A stretch of 64,000 nucleotides of DNA from Eledone cirrhosa (taxonomy: Eukaryota), in contig OZ024745.1 of assembly GCA_964016885.1 (NCBI GenBank), positions 4,526,001 through 4,590,000 of the forward strand. The letters are read 5' to 3'. Below, in pieces: positions 49,480 through 62,330 of this stretch. Both the position numbers and the translations under genes were made by a program. Below the pieces are notes generated by a model. The model saw only the letters and a list, made by a program, of their open reading frames with translations, was not told the DNA's origin and did no database searches. Numbering within the stretch: position 1 is the stretch's first letter; each line of letters opens with the position of its first letter.

Positions 49480-52400
49480 AACATCATGGTATTTGGCTCT
49501 CTTCCCTCTCAGAACATCGTGGTATCTGGCTCTCTTCTCTCTCAGAACACCGTGGTATCTGGCTCTCTTCTCTCTCAGATCACCGTGGTATCTGGCACTC
49601 TTCTTTCTTAGAACACCGTGGTATTTGGCTCTCTTCTCTCTCAGTTAGAACATCATGGTATTTGGCTCTCTTCCCTCTCAGAACATCGTGGTATCTGGCT
49701 CTCTTCTCTCTCAATTAGAACATCGTGGTATCTGGCTCTCTTCTCTCTCAGAACATCGTGGTATCTGGCTCTCTTCTCTCTCAGTTAGAACATCGTGGTA
49801 TCTGGCTGTCTTCTCTCTCAGAACATCGTGGTATCTGGCTCTCTTCTCTCTCAGAACATCGCGGTATCTGGCTCTCTTCTCTCTCAGAACACCGTGGTAT
49901 CTGGCACTCTTCTTTCTTATAACACCGTGGTATTTGGCTCTCTTCTCTCTCAGAACATCGTGGTATCTGGCTCTCTTCTCTCTCAGAAAATCGTGGTATC
50001 TGGCTCTCTTCTCTCTCAGAACATCGTGGTATCTGGCTCGCTTCTCTCTCAGAACATCGTGGTATCTGGCTCTATTCTCTCTCAGAAAACCGTGGTATCT
50101 GGCTCTCTTCTCTCTCAGAACACCGTGGTATCTGTCTCTCTTCTTTCTTAGAACACCGTGGTATTTGGCTCTCTTCTCTCTCAGAACATCGTGGTATCTG
50201 GCTCTCTTCTCTCTCAGTTAGAACATCGTGGTATCTGGCTCTCTTCTCTCTCAGAACATCGTGGTATCTGGCTCCCTTCTCTCTCAGAACATCGTGGTAT
50301 CTGGCTATCTCCTCTCTCAGAACACCGTGGTATTTGGCTCTCTTCTCTCTCAGAACACCGTGGTATCTGGCTCTCTTCTCTCTCAGAACATCGTGGTATC
50401 TGGCTCTCTTCTCTCTCAGAACACCGTGGTATCTGGCTCTCTTCTCTCTCAGCTAGAACATCGTGGTATCTGGCTCTCTTCTCTCTCAGAACATCGTGGT
50501 ATCTGGCTCTCTTCTCTCTCAGAACATCGTGGTATCTGGCTCTCTTCTCTCTCAGAACACCGTGGTATCTGGCTCTCTTCTCTCTCAGTTAGAACATCGT
50601 GGTATCTGGCTCTCTTCTCTCTCAGTTAGAACATCGTGGTATCTGGCTCTCTTCTCTCTCAGAACATCGTGGTATCTGGCTCTCTTCTCTCTCAGTTAGA
50701 ACATCGTGGTATCTGGCTCTCTTCTCTCTCAGAACATCGTGGTATCTGGCTCTCTTCTCTCTCAGAAGATCGTGGTATCTGGCTCTCTTCTCTCTCAGAA
50801 CACCGTGGTATCTGTCTCTCTTCTTTCTTAGAACACCGTGGTATTTGACTCTCTTCTCACTCAGAACATCGTGGTATCTGGCTCTCTTCTCTCTCAGTTA
50901 GAACATCGTGGTATCTGGCTCTCTTCTCTCTCAGAACATCGTGGTATCTGGCTCCCTTTTCTCTCAGAACATCGTGGTATCTGGCTATCTTCTCTCTCAG
51001 AACACAGTGGTATTTGGCTCTCTTCTCTCTCAGAACACCGTGGTATCTGGCTCTCTTCTCTCTCAGAACATCGTGGTATTTGGCTCTGTTCTCTCTCAGA
51101 ACACCGTGGTATCTGGCCCTCTTCTCTCTCAGTTAGAACATCGTGGTATCTGGCTCTCTTCTCTCTCAGAACATCGTGGTATCTGGCTCTCTTCTCTCTC
51201 AGAACATCGTGGTATCTGGCTCTCTTCTCTCTCAGAACACCGTGGTATCTGGCTCTCTTCTCTCTCAGTTAGAACATCGTGGTATCTGGCTCTCTTCTCT
51301 CTCAGAATATCGTGGTATCTGGCACTCTTCTCTCTCAGAACACCGTGGTATCTGGCTCTCTTCTCTCTCAGAACAACGTGGTATCTTACTCTCTTCTCTC
51401 TCAGTTAGAACATCGTGGTATCTGGCTCTCTTCTCTCTCAGAACATCGTGGTATCTGGCTCTCTTCTCTCTCAGACCACCGTGGTATCTGGCTCTCTTCT
51501 CTCTCAGTTAGAACATCGTGGTTTCTGGCTCTCTTCTCTCTCAGAACATCGTGGTATCTGGCTCTCTTCTCTCTCAGAACATCGTGGTATCTGGCTCTCT
51601 GCTCTTTCAGAACACCGTAGTATCTGGCTCTCTTCTATCTCAGTGAGAACATCGTGGTATTTGTCTCTCTTCTGTCTCAGAACATCGTGGTATTTGGCTC
51701 TCTTCTCTCTCAGAACATCGTGGTATTTGGCTCTCTTCTCTCTCAGTTAGAACATCGTAGTATTTGGCTCTCTTCTGTCTCAGAACATCGTGGTATTTGG
51801 CTCTCTTCTCTCTCAGTTAGAACATCCTGGTATTTGGCTCTCTTCCCTCACAGAACATCATGGTATTTGGCTCTCTTCTCTCTCAGTTAGAACATCCTGG
51901 TATTTGGCTCTCTTCCCTCTCAGAACATCGTGGTATCTGGCTCTCTTCTCTCTCAGAACACCGTGGTATCTGGCTCTCTTCTCTCTCAGATCACCGTGGT
52001 ATCTGGCTCTCTTTTTCTTAGAGCACTGCGGTATTTGGCTCTCTTCTCTCTCAGTTAGAACATCATGGTATTTGGCTCTCTTCCCTCTCAGAACATCGTG
52101 GTATCTGGCTCTCTTCTCTCTCAATTAGAACATCGTGGTATCTGGCTCTCTTCTCTCTCAGAACATCGTGGTATCTGGCTCTCTTCTCTCTCAGTTAGAA
52201 CATCGTGGTATCTGGCTGTCTTCTCTCTCAGAACATCGTGGTATCTGGCTCTCTTCTCTCTCAGAACATCGCGGTATCTGGCTCTCTTCTCTCTCAGAAC
52301 ACCGTGGTATCTGGCACTCTTCTTTCTTAGAACACCGTGGTATTTGGCTCTCTTCTCTCTCAGAACATCGTGGTATCTGGCTCTCTTCTCTCTCAGAAAA

Positions 52401-55400
52401 TCGTGGTATCTGGCTCTCTTCTCTCTCAGAACATCGTGGTATCTGGCTCTCTTCTCTCTCAGAACATCGTGGTATCTGGCTCTATTCTCTCTCAGAAAAC
52501 CGTGGTATCTGGCTCTCTTCTCTCTCAGAACACCGTGGTATCTGTCTCTCTTCTTTCTTAGAACACCGTGGTATTTGGCTCTCTTCTCTCTCAGAACATC
52601 GTGGTATCTGGCTCTCTTCTCTCTCAGTTAGAACATCGTGGTATCTGGCTCTCTTCTCTCTCAGAACATCGTGGTATCTGGCTCCCTTCTCTCTCAGAAC
52701 ATCGTGGTATCTGGCTATCTCCTCTCTCAGAACACCGTGGTATTTGGCTCTCTTCTCTCTCAGAACACCGTGGTATCTGGCTCTCTTCTCTCTCAGAACA
52801 TCGTGGTATCTGGCTCTCTTCTCTCTCAGAACACCGTGGTATCTGGCTCTCTTCTCTCTCAGCTAGAACATCGTGGTATCTGGCTCTCTTCTCTCTCAGA
52901 ACATCGTGGTATCTGGCTCTCTTCTCTCTCAGAACATCGTGGTATCTGGCTCTCTTCTCTCTCAGAACACCGTGGTATCTGGCTCTCTTCTCTCTCAGTT
53001 AGAACATCGTGGTATCTGGCTCTCTTCTCTCTCAGTTAGAACATCGTGGTATCTGGCTCTCTTCTCTCTCAGAACATCGTGGTATCTGGCTCTCTTCTCT
53101 CTCAGTTAGAACATCGTGGTATCTGGCTCTCTTCTCTCTCAGAACATCGTGGTATCTGGCTCTCTTCTCTCTCAGAAGATCGTGGTATCTGGCTCTCTTC
53201 TCTCTCAGAACACCGTGGTATCTGTCTCTCTTCTTTCTTAGAACACCGTGGTATTTGACTCTCTTCTCACTCAGAACATCGTGGTATCTGGCTCTCTTCT
53301 CTCTCAGTTAGAACATCGTGGTATCTGGCTCTCTTCTCTCTCAGAACATCGTGGTATCTGGCTCCCTTTTCTCTCAGAACATCGTGGTATATGGTTATCT
53401 TCTCTCTCAGAACACAGTGGTATTTGGCTCTCTTCTCTCTCAGAACACCGTGGTATCTGGCTCTCTTCTCTCTCAGAACATCGTGGTATTTGGCTCTGTT
53501 CTCTCTCAGAACACCGTGGTATCTGGCCCTCTTCTCTCTCAGTTAGAACATCGTGGTATCTGGCTCTCTTCTCTCTCAGAACATCGTGGTATCTGGCTCT
53601 CTTCTCTCTCAGAACATCGTGGTATCTGGCTCTCTTCTCTCTCAGAACACCGTGGTATCTGGCTCTCTTCTCTCTCAGTTAGAACATCGTGGTATCTGGC
53701 TCTCTTCTCTCTCAGAATATCGTGGTATCTGGCACTCTTCTCTCTCAGAACACCGTGGTATCTGGCTCTCTTCTCTCTCAGAACAACGTGGTATCTTACT
53801 CTCTTCTCTCTCAGTTAGAACATCGTGGTATCTGGCTCTCTTCTCTCTCAGAACATCGTGGTATCTGGCTCTCTTCTCTCTCAGACCACCGTGGTATCTG
53901 GCTCTCTTCTCTCTCAGTTAGAACATCGTGGTTTCTGGCTCTCTTCTCTCTCAGAACATCGTGGTATCTGGCTCTCTTCTCTCTCAGAACATCGTGGTAT
54001 CTGGCTCTCTGCTCTTTCAGAACACCGTAGTATCTGGCTCTCTTCTATCTCAGTGAGAACATCGTGGTATTTGTCTCTCTTCTGTCTCAGAACATCGTGG
54101 TATTTGGCTCTCTTCTCTCTCAGAACATCGTGGTATTTGGCTCTCTTCTCTCTCAGTTAGAACATCGTAGTATTTGGCTCTCTTCTGTCTCAGAACATCG
54201 TGGTATTTGGCTCTCTTCTCTCTCAGTTAGAACATCCTGGTATTTGGCTCTCTTCCCTCACAGAACATCATGGTATTTGGCTCTCTTCTCTCTCAGTTAG
54301 AACATCCTGGTATTTGGCTCTCTTCTCTCTCAGAACATCGTGGTATTTGGCTCTCTTCTCTCTCAGTTAGAACACCGTGGTATTTGGTTCTCTTCTCTCT
54401 CAGAACATCGTGGTATTTGGGTCTCTTCTCTCTCAGAACATCGTGGTAATTGGCTCTCTTCACTCTCAGTTAGAACATCGTGGTATCTGGCTCTCTTCCC
54501 TTTTAGAACATCGTGGTATTTGGCTCTCTTCTCTCTCAGTTAGAACATTGTGGTATCTGGCTCTCTTCTCTCTCAGAACATCGTGGTATCTGGCTCTCTT
54601 CTCTCTTAGAACATCGTGGTATCTGGCTCTCTTCTCTTTTAGAACATCGTGGTATCTGGCTCTCTTCTCTCTTAGAACATCGTGGTATCTGGCTCTCTTC
54701 TCTTTGAGAACATCGTGGTAACTGGCTCTCTTCTCTTTTAGAACATCGTGGTATCTGGCTCTCTTCTCTCTCAGTTAGAACATCGCGGTATTTGGCTCTC
54801 TTCTGTCTCAGAACATCGTGGTATTTGGCTCTCTTCTCTCTCAGAACATCGTGGTATTTGGCTCTCTTCTCTCTCAGAACATCGTGGTATCTGGCTCTCT
54901 TCCCTCTCAGAACATCGTGGTATCTGGCTCCCTTCTCTCTCAGAACACCGTGGTATGTGGCTCTCTTCTCTCTCAGAACACCGTGGTATCTGGCTCTCCT
55001 CTCTCTTAGAACATCGTGGTATCTGGCTCTCTTCTCTATTAGAACATCGTGGTATCTGGCTCTCTTCTCTCTCAGTTAGAACATCGTGGTATTTGGCTCT
55101 CTTCTCTCTCAGAACATCGTGGTATCTGGCTCTCTTCTCTCTCAGAACATCGTGGTACCTGGCTCTCTTCTCTCTCAGAACATCGTGGTATTTGGCTCTC
55201 TTCTCTCTCAGAACACAGGGGTATCTGGCTCTCTTCTCTCTTAGAACATCGTGGTATTTGGCTCTCTTCTCTCTCATTTAGAACATCGTGGTATCTGGCT
55301 CTCTTCTCTCTCGGAACACCGTGGTATTTGGCTCTCTTCTCTTACAGAACATCGTGGTATCTGGCTCTCTTCTCTCTCAGTTAGAACATCGTGGTATCTG

Positions 55401-58400
55401 GCTCTCTTCTCTCTCAGCACATCGTGGTATCTGGCTCTCTTCTCTCTCAGAACATCATGGTATCTGGCTCTCTTCTCCCTCAGAACACCGTGGTATCTGG
55501 CTCTCTTCTCTCTCAGTTAGAACATCGTGGTATCTGGCTCTCTTCTCTCTCAGAATATCGTGGTATCTGGCTCTCTTCTCTCTCAGAACACCGTGGTATC
55601 TGGCTCTCTTCTCTCTCAGAACAACGTGGTATCTTGCTCTCTTCTCTCTCAGTTAGAACATCGTGGTATCTGGCTCTCTTCTCTCTCAGAACATCGTGGT
55701 ATCTGGCTCTCTTCTCTCTCAGAACATCGCGGTATCTGGCTCTCTTCTCTCTCAGAACACCGTGGTATCTGGCACTCTTCTTTCTTAGAACACCGTGGTA
55801 TTTGGCTCTCTTCTCTCTCAGAACATCGTGGTATCTGGCTCTCTTCTCTCTCAGAACATCGTGGTATCTGGCTCTCTTCTCTCTCAGAACATCGTGGTAT
55901 CTGGCTCTCTTCTCTCTCAGAACATCGTGGTATCTGGCTCTATTCTCTCTCAGAAAACCGTGGTATCTGGCTCTCTTCTCTCTCAGAACACCGTGGTATC
56001 TGTCTCTCTTCTTTCTTAGAACACCGTGGTATTTGGCTCTCTTCTCTCTCAGAACATCGTGGTATCTGGCTCTCTTCTCTCTCAGTTAGAACATCGTGGT
56101 ATCTGGCTCTCTTCTCTCTCAGAACATCGTGGTATCTGGCTCCCTTCTCTCTCAGAACATCGTGGTATCTGGCTATCTTCTCTCTCAGAACACCGTGGTA
56201 TTTGGCTCTCTTCTCTCTCAGAACACCGTGGTATCTGGCTCTCTTCTCTCTCAGAACATCGTGGTATCTGGCTCTCTTCTCTCTCAGAACACCGTGGTAT
56301 CTGGCTCTCTTCTCTCTCAGCTAGAACATCGTGGTATCTGGCTCTCTTCTCTCTCAGAACATCGTGGTATCTGGCTCGCTTCTCTCTCAGAACATCGTGG
56401 TATCTGGCTCTCTTCTCTCTCAGAACACCGTGGTATCTGGCTCTCTTGTCTCTCAGTTAGAACATCGTGGTATCTGGCTCTCTTCTCTCTCAGTTAGAAC
56501 ATCGTGGTATCCTGCTCTCTTCTCTCTCAGAACATCGTGGTATCTGGCTCTCTTCTCTCTCAGTTAGAACATCGTGGTATCTGGCTCTCTTCTCTCTCAG
56601 AACATCGTGGTATCTGGCTCTCTTCTCTCTCAGAAGATCGTGGTATCTGGCTCTCTTCTCTCTCAGAACACCGTGGTATCTGTCTCTCTTCTTTCTTAGA
56701 ACACCGTGGTATTTGACTCTCTTCTCACTCAGAACATCGTGGTATCTGGCTCTCTTCTCTCTCAGTTAGAACATCGTGGTATCTGGCTCTCTTCTCTCTC
56801 AGAACATCGTGGTATCTGGCTCCCTTTTCTCTCAGAACATCGTGGTATCTGGCTATCGTCTCTCTCAGAACACAGTGGTATTTGGCTCTCTTCTCTCTCA
56901 GAACACCGTGGTATCTGGCTCTCTTCTCTCTCAGAACATCGTGGTATTTGGCTCTTTTCTCTCTCAGAACACCGTGGTATCTGGCTCTCTTCTCTCTCAG
57001 TTAGAACATCGTGGTATCTGGCTCTCTTCTCTCTCAGACCACCGTGGTATCTGGCTCTCTTCTCTCTCAGTTAGAACATCGTGGTTTCTGGCTCTCTTCT
57101 CTCTCTGAACATCGTGGTATCTGGCTCTCTTCTCTCTCAGAACATCGTGGTATCTGGCTCTCTGCTCTCTCAGAACACCGTAGTATCTGGCTCTCTTCTA
57201 TATCAGTGAGAACATCGTGGTATTTGTCTCTCTTCTGTCTCAGAACATCGTGGTATTTGGCTCTCTTCTCTCTCAGAACATCGTGGTATTTGGCTCTCTT
57301 CTCTCTCAGTTAGAACATCGTAGTATTTGGCTCTCTTCTGTCTCAGAACATCGTGGTATTTGGCTCTCTTCTCTCTCAGTTAGAACATCCTGGTATTTGG
57401 CTCTCTTCCCTCACAGAACATCATGGTATTTGGCTCTCTTCTCTCTCAGTTAGAACATCCTGGTATTTGGCTCTCTTCTCTCTCAGAACATCGTGGTATT
57501 TGGCTCTCTTCTCTCTCAGTTAGAACACCGTGGTATTTGGTTCTCTTCTCTCTCAGAACATCGTGGTATTTGGGTCTCTTCTCTCTCAGAACATCGTGGT
57601 AATTGGCTCTCTTCACTCTCAGTTAGAACATCGTGGTATCTGGCTCTCTTCTCTTTTAGAACATCGTGGTATTTGGCTCTCTTCTCTCTCAGTTAGAACA
57701 TTGTGGTATCTGGCTCTCTTCTCTCTCAGAACATCGTGGTATCTGGCTCTCTTCTCTCTTAGAACATCGTGGTATCTGGCTCTCTTCTCTTTTAGAACAT
57801 CGTGGTATCTGGCTCTCTTCTCTCTTAGAACATCGTGGCATCTGGCTCTCTTCTCTTTGAGAACATCGTGGTAACTGGCTCTCTTCTCTTTTAGAACATC
57901 GTGGTATCTGGCTCTCTTCTCTCTCAGAACATCGTGGTATTTGGCTCTCTTCTCTCTCAGAACATCGTGGTATCTGGCTCTCTTCCCTCTCAGAACATCG
58001 TGGTATCTGGCTCTCTTCTCTCTCAGAACACCGTGGTATCTGGCTCTCTTCTCTCTCAGAACACCGTGGTATCTGGCTCTCCTCTCTCTTAGAACATCGT
58101 GGTATCTGGCTCTCTTCTCTATTAGAACATCGTGGTATCTGGCTCTCTTCTCTCTCAGTTAGAACATCGTGGTATTTGGCTCTCTTCTCTCTCAGAACAT
58201 CGTGGTATCTGGCTCTCTTCTCTCTCAGAACATCGTGGTATCTGGCTCTCTTCTCTCTCAGAACATCGTGGTATTTGGCTCTCTTATCTCTCAGAACACA
58301 GGGGTATCTGGCTGTCTTCTCTCTTAGAACATCGTGGTATTTGGCTCTCTTCTCTCTCATTTAGAACATCGTGGTATCTGGCTCTCTTCTCTCTCGGAAC

Positions 58401-61400
58401 ACCGTGGTATTTGGCTCTCTTCTCTTACAGAACATCGTGGTATCTGGCTCTCTTCTCTCTCAGAACATCGTGGTATCTGGCTCTCTTCTCTCTCAGAACA
58501 TCATGGTATCTGGCTCTCTTCTCCCTCAGAACACCGTGGTATCTGGCTCTCTTCTCTCTCAGTTAGAACATCGTGGTATCTGGCTCTCTTCTCTCTCAGA
58601 ATATCGTGGTATCTGGCTCTCTTCTCTCTCAGAACACCGTGGTATCTGGCTCTCTTCTCTCTCAGAACAACGTGGTATCTTGCTCTCTTCTCTCTCAGTT
58701 AGAACATCGTGGTATTTGGCTCTCTTCCCTCTCAGAACATCGTGGTATTTGGCTCTCTTCTATCTCAGAACACCGTGGTATCTGGCTGTCTTCTCTCTCA
58801 GAACATCGTGGTATCTGGCTCTCTTCTCTCTCAGAACATCGTGGTATCTGGCTCTCGTGTCTCTCAGGACATCGTGGTATCTGGCTCTCTTCTCTCTCAG
58901 TTAGAACATCGTGGTATTTGGCTCTCTTCTCTCTCAGGACAACGTGGTATTTGGCTCTCTTCTCTCTCAGTTAGAGCATCGTGGTATTTGGCTCTCTTCC
59001 CTCTCAGAACATCGTGGTATTTGGCTCCCTTCTCTCTCAGAACATCGTGGTATCTGGCTCTCTTCTCTCTTAGAACATCGTGGTATCTGGCTCTATTCTC
59101 TCTCAGAACACCGTGGTATCTGGCTATCTTCTTTCTTCGAACACCGTGGTATTTGGTTCTCTTCTCTCTCAGTTAGAACATCATGGTATTTGGCTCTCTT
59201 CCCTCTCAGAACATCGTGGTATCTGGCTCTCTTCTCTCTCAGAACACCGTGGTATCTGGCTCTCTTCTCTCTCAGATCACCGTGGTATCTGGCTCTCTTC
59301 TTTCTTAGAGAACTGCGGTATTTGGCTCTCTTCTCTCTCAGTTAGAACATCATGGTATTTGGCTCTCTTCCCTCTCAGAACATCGTGGTATCTGGCTCTC
59401 TTCTCTCTTAATTAGAACATCGTGGTATCTGGCTCTCTTCTCTCTCAGAACATCGCGGTATCTGGCTCTCTTCTCTCTCAGAACACCGTGGTATCTGGCA
59501 CTCTTCTTTCTTAGAACACCGTGGTATTTGGCTCTCTTCTCTCTCAGAACATCGTGGTATCTGGCTCTCTTCTCTCTCAGAACATCGTGGTATCTGGCTC
59601 TCTTCTCTCTCAGAACATCGTGGTATCTGGCTCTCTTCTCTCTCAGAACATCGTGGTATCTGGCTCTATTCTCTCTCAGAAAACCGTGGTATCTGGCTCT
59701 CTTCTCTCTCAGAACACCGTGGTATCTGTCTCTCTTATTTCTTAGAACACCGTGGTATTTGGCTCTCTTCTCTCTCAGAACATCGTGGTATCTGGCTCTC
59801 TTCTCTCTCAGTTAGAACATCGTGGTATCTGGCTCTCTTCTCTCTCAGAACATCGTGGTATCTGGCTCCCTTCTCTCTCAGAACATCGTGGTATCTGGCT
59901 ATCTTCTCTCTCAGAACACCGTGGTATTTGGCTCTCTTCTCTCTCAGAACACCGTGGTATCTGGCTCTCTTCTCTCTCAGAACATCGTGGTATCTGGCTC
60001 TCTTCTCTCTCAGAACACCGTGGTATCTGGCTCTCTTCTCTCTCAGCTAGAACATCGTGGTATCTGGCTCTCTTCTCTCTCAGAACATCGTGGTATCTGG
60101 CTCTCTTCTCTCTCAGAACATCGTGGTATCTGGCTCTCTTCTCTCTCAGAACACCGTGGTATCTGGTTCTCTTCTCTCTCAGTTAGAACATCGTGGTATC
60201 TGGCTCTCTTCTCTCTCAGTTAGAACATCGTGGTATCTGGCTCTCTTCTCTCTCAGAACATCGTGGTATCTGGCTCTCTTCTCTCTCAGTTAGAACATCG
60301 TGGTATCTGGCTCTCTTCTCTCTCAGAACATCGTGGTATCTGGCTCTCTTCTCTCTCAGAAGATCGTGGTATCTGGCTCTCTTCTCTCTCAGAACACCGT
60401 GGTATCTGTCTCTCTTCTTTCTTAGAACACCGTGGTATTTGACTCTCTTCTCACTCAGAACATCGTGGTATCTGGCTCTCTTCTCTTTCAGTTAGAACAT
60501 CGTGGTATCTGGCTCTCTTCTCTCTCAGAACATCGTGGTATCTGGCTCCCTTTTCTCTCAGAACATCGTGGTATCTGGCTATCTTCTCTCTCAGAACACA
60601 GTGGTATTTGGCTCTCTTCTCTCTCAGAACACCGTGGTATCTGGCTCTCTTCTCTCTCAGAACATCGTGGTATTTGGCTCTGTTCTCTCTCAGAACACCG
60701 TGGTATCTGGCTCTCTTCTCTCTCAGTTAGAACATCGTGGTATCTGGCTCTCTTCTCTCTCAGAACATCGTGGTATCTGGCTCTCTTCTCTCTCAGAACA
60801 TCGTGGTATCTGGCTCTCTTCTCTCTCAGAACACCGTGGTATCTGGCTCTCTTCTCTCTCAGTTAGAACATCGTGGTATCTGGCTCTCTTCTCTCTCAGA
60901 ATATCGTGGTATCTGGCTCTCTTCTCTCTCAGAACACCGTGGTATCTGGCTCTCTTCTCTCTCAGAACAACGTGGTATCTTACTCTCTTCTCTCTCAGTT
61001 AGAACATCGTGGTATCTGGCTCTCTTCTCTCTCAGAACATCGTGGTATCTGGCTCTCTTCTCTCTCAGACCACCGTGGTATCTGGCTCTCTTCTCTCTCA
61101 GTTAGAACATCGTGGTTTCTGGCTCTCTTCTCTCTCAGAACATCGTGGTATCTGGCTCTCTTCTCTCTCAGAACATCGTGGTATCTGGCTCTCTGCTCTC
61201 TCAGAACACCGTAGTATCTGGCTCTCTTCTATCTCAGTGAGAACATCGTGGTATTTGTCTCTCTTCTGTCTCAGAACATCGTGGTATTTGGCTCTCTTCT
61301 CTCTCAGAACATCGTGGTATTTGGCTCTCTTCTCTCTCAGTTAGAACATCGTAGTATTTGGCTCTCTTCTGTCTCAGAACATCGTGGTATTTGGCTCTCT

Positions 61401-62330
61401 TCTCTCTCAGTTAGAACATCCTGGTATTTGGCTCTCTTCCCTCACAGAACATCATGGTATTTGGCTCTCTTCTCTCTCAGTTAGAACATCCTGGTATTTG
61501 GCTCTCTTCTCTCTCAGAACATCGTGGTATTTGGCTCTCTTCTCTCTCAGTTAGAACACCGTGGTATTTGGTTCTCTTCTCTCTCAGAACATCGTGGTAT
61601 TTGGGTCTCTTCTCTCTCAGAACATCGTTGTAATTGGCTCTCTTCACTCTCAGTTAGAACATCGTGGTATCTGGCTCTTTTTCTTTTAGAACATCGTGGT
61701 ATTTGGCTCTCTTCTCTCTCAGTTAGAACATTGTGGTATCTGGCTCTCTTCTCTCTTAGAACATCGTGGCATCTGGCTCTCTTCTCTTTTAGAACATCGT
61801 GGTATCTGGCTCTCTTCTCTCTTAGAACATCGTGGTATCTGGCTCTCTTCTCTTTGAGAACATCGTGGTAACTGGCTCTCTTCTCTTTTAGAACATCGTG
61901 GTATCTGGCTCTCTTCTCTCTCAGTTAGAACATCGTGGTATTTGGCTCTCTTCTGTCTCAGAACATCGTGGTATTTGGCTCTCTTCTCTCTCAGAACATC
62001 GTGGTATTTGGCTCTCTTCTCTCTCAGAACATCGTGGTATCTGGCTCTCTTCCCTCTCAGAACATCGTGGTATCTGGCTCTCTTCTCTCTCAGAACATCG
62101 TGGTATCTGGCTCTCTTCTCTCTCAGAACATCGTGGTATTTGGCTCTCTTCTCTCTCAGAACACAGGGGTATCTGGCTCTCTTCTCTCTTAGAACATCGT
62201 GGTATTTGGCTCTCTTCTCTCTCATTTAGAACATCGTGGTATCTGGCTCTCTTCTCTCTCGGAACACCGTGGTATTTGGCTCTCTTCTCTTACAGAACAT
62301 CGTGGTATTTGGCTCTCTTCTCTCTCAGTT
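49480..62330 (+). repeat. About four copies of a ~2.4-4.0 kb higher-order unit
   Basis: The marker AGCTAGAAC occurs at 50451, 52861, 56319 and 60045 (spacings 2410, 3458, 3726). An identical 78-aa ORF starts at 51654, 54064, 57217 and 61248. Confidence 0.9.

Noticed and set aside
57689-58360. Charged reverse-strand ORFs (EREESQIPRCS and REKRAKYHDVL repeats) resembling zinc-finger or coiled-coil proteins
   Set aside because: They are 11-aa translations of the satellite's reverse strand, with no C2H2 spacing and no flanking gene structure.
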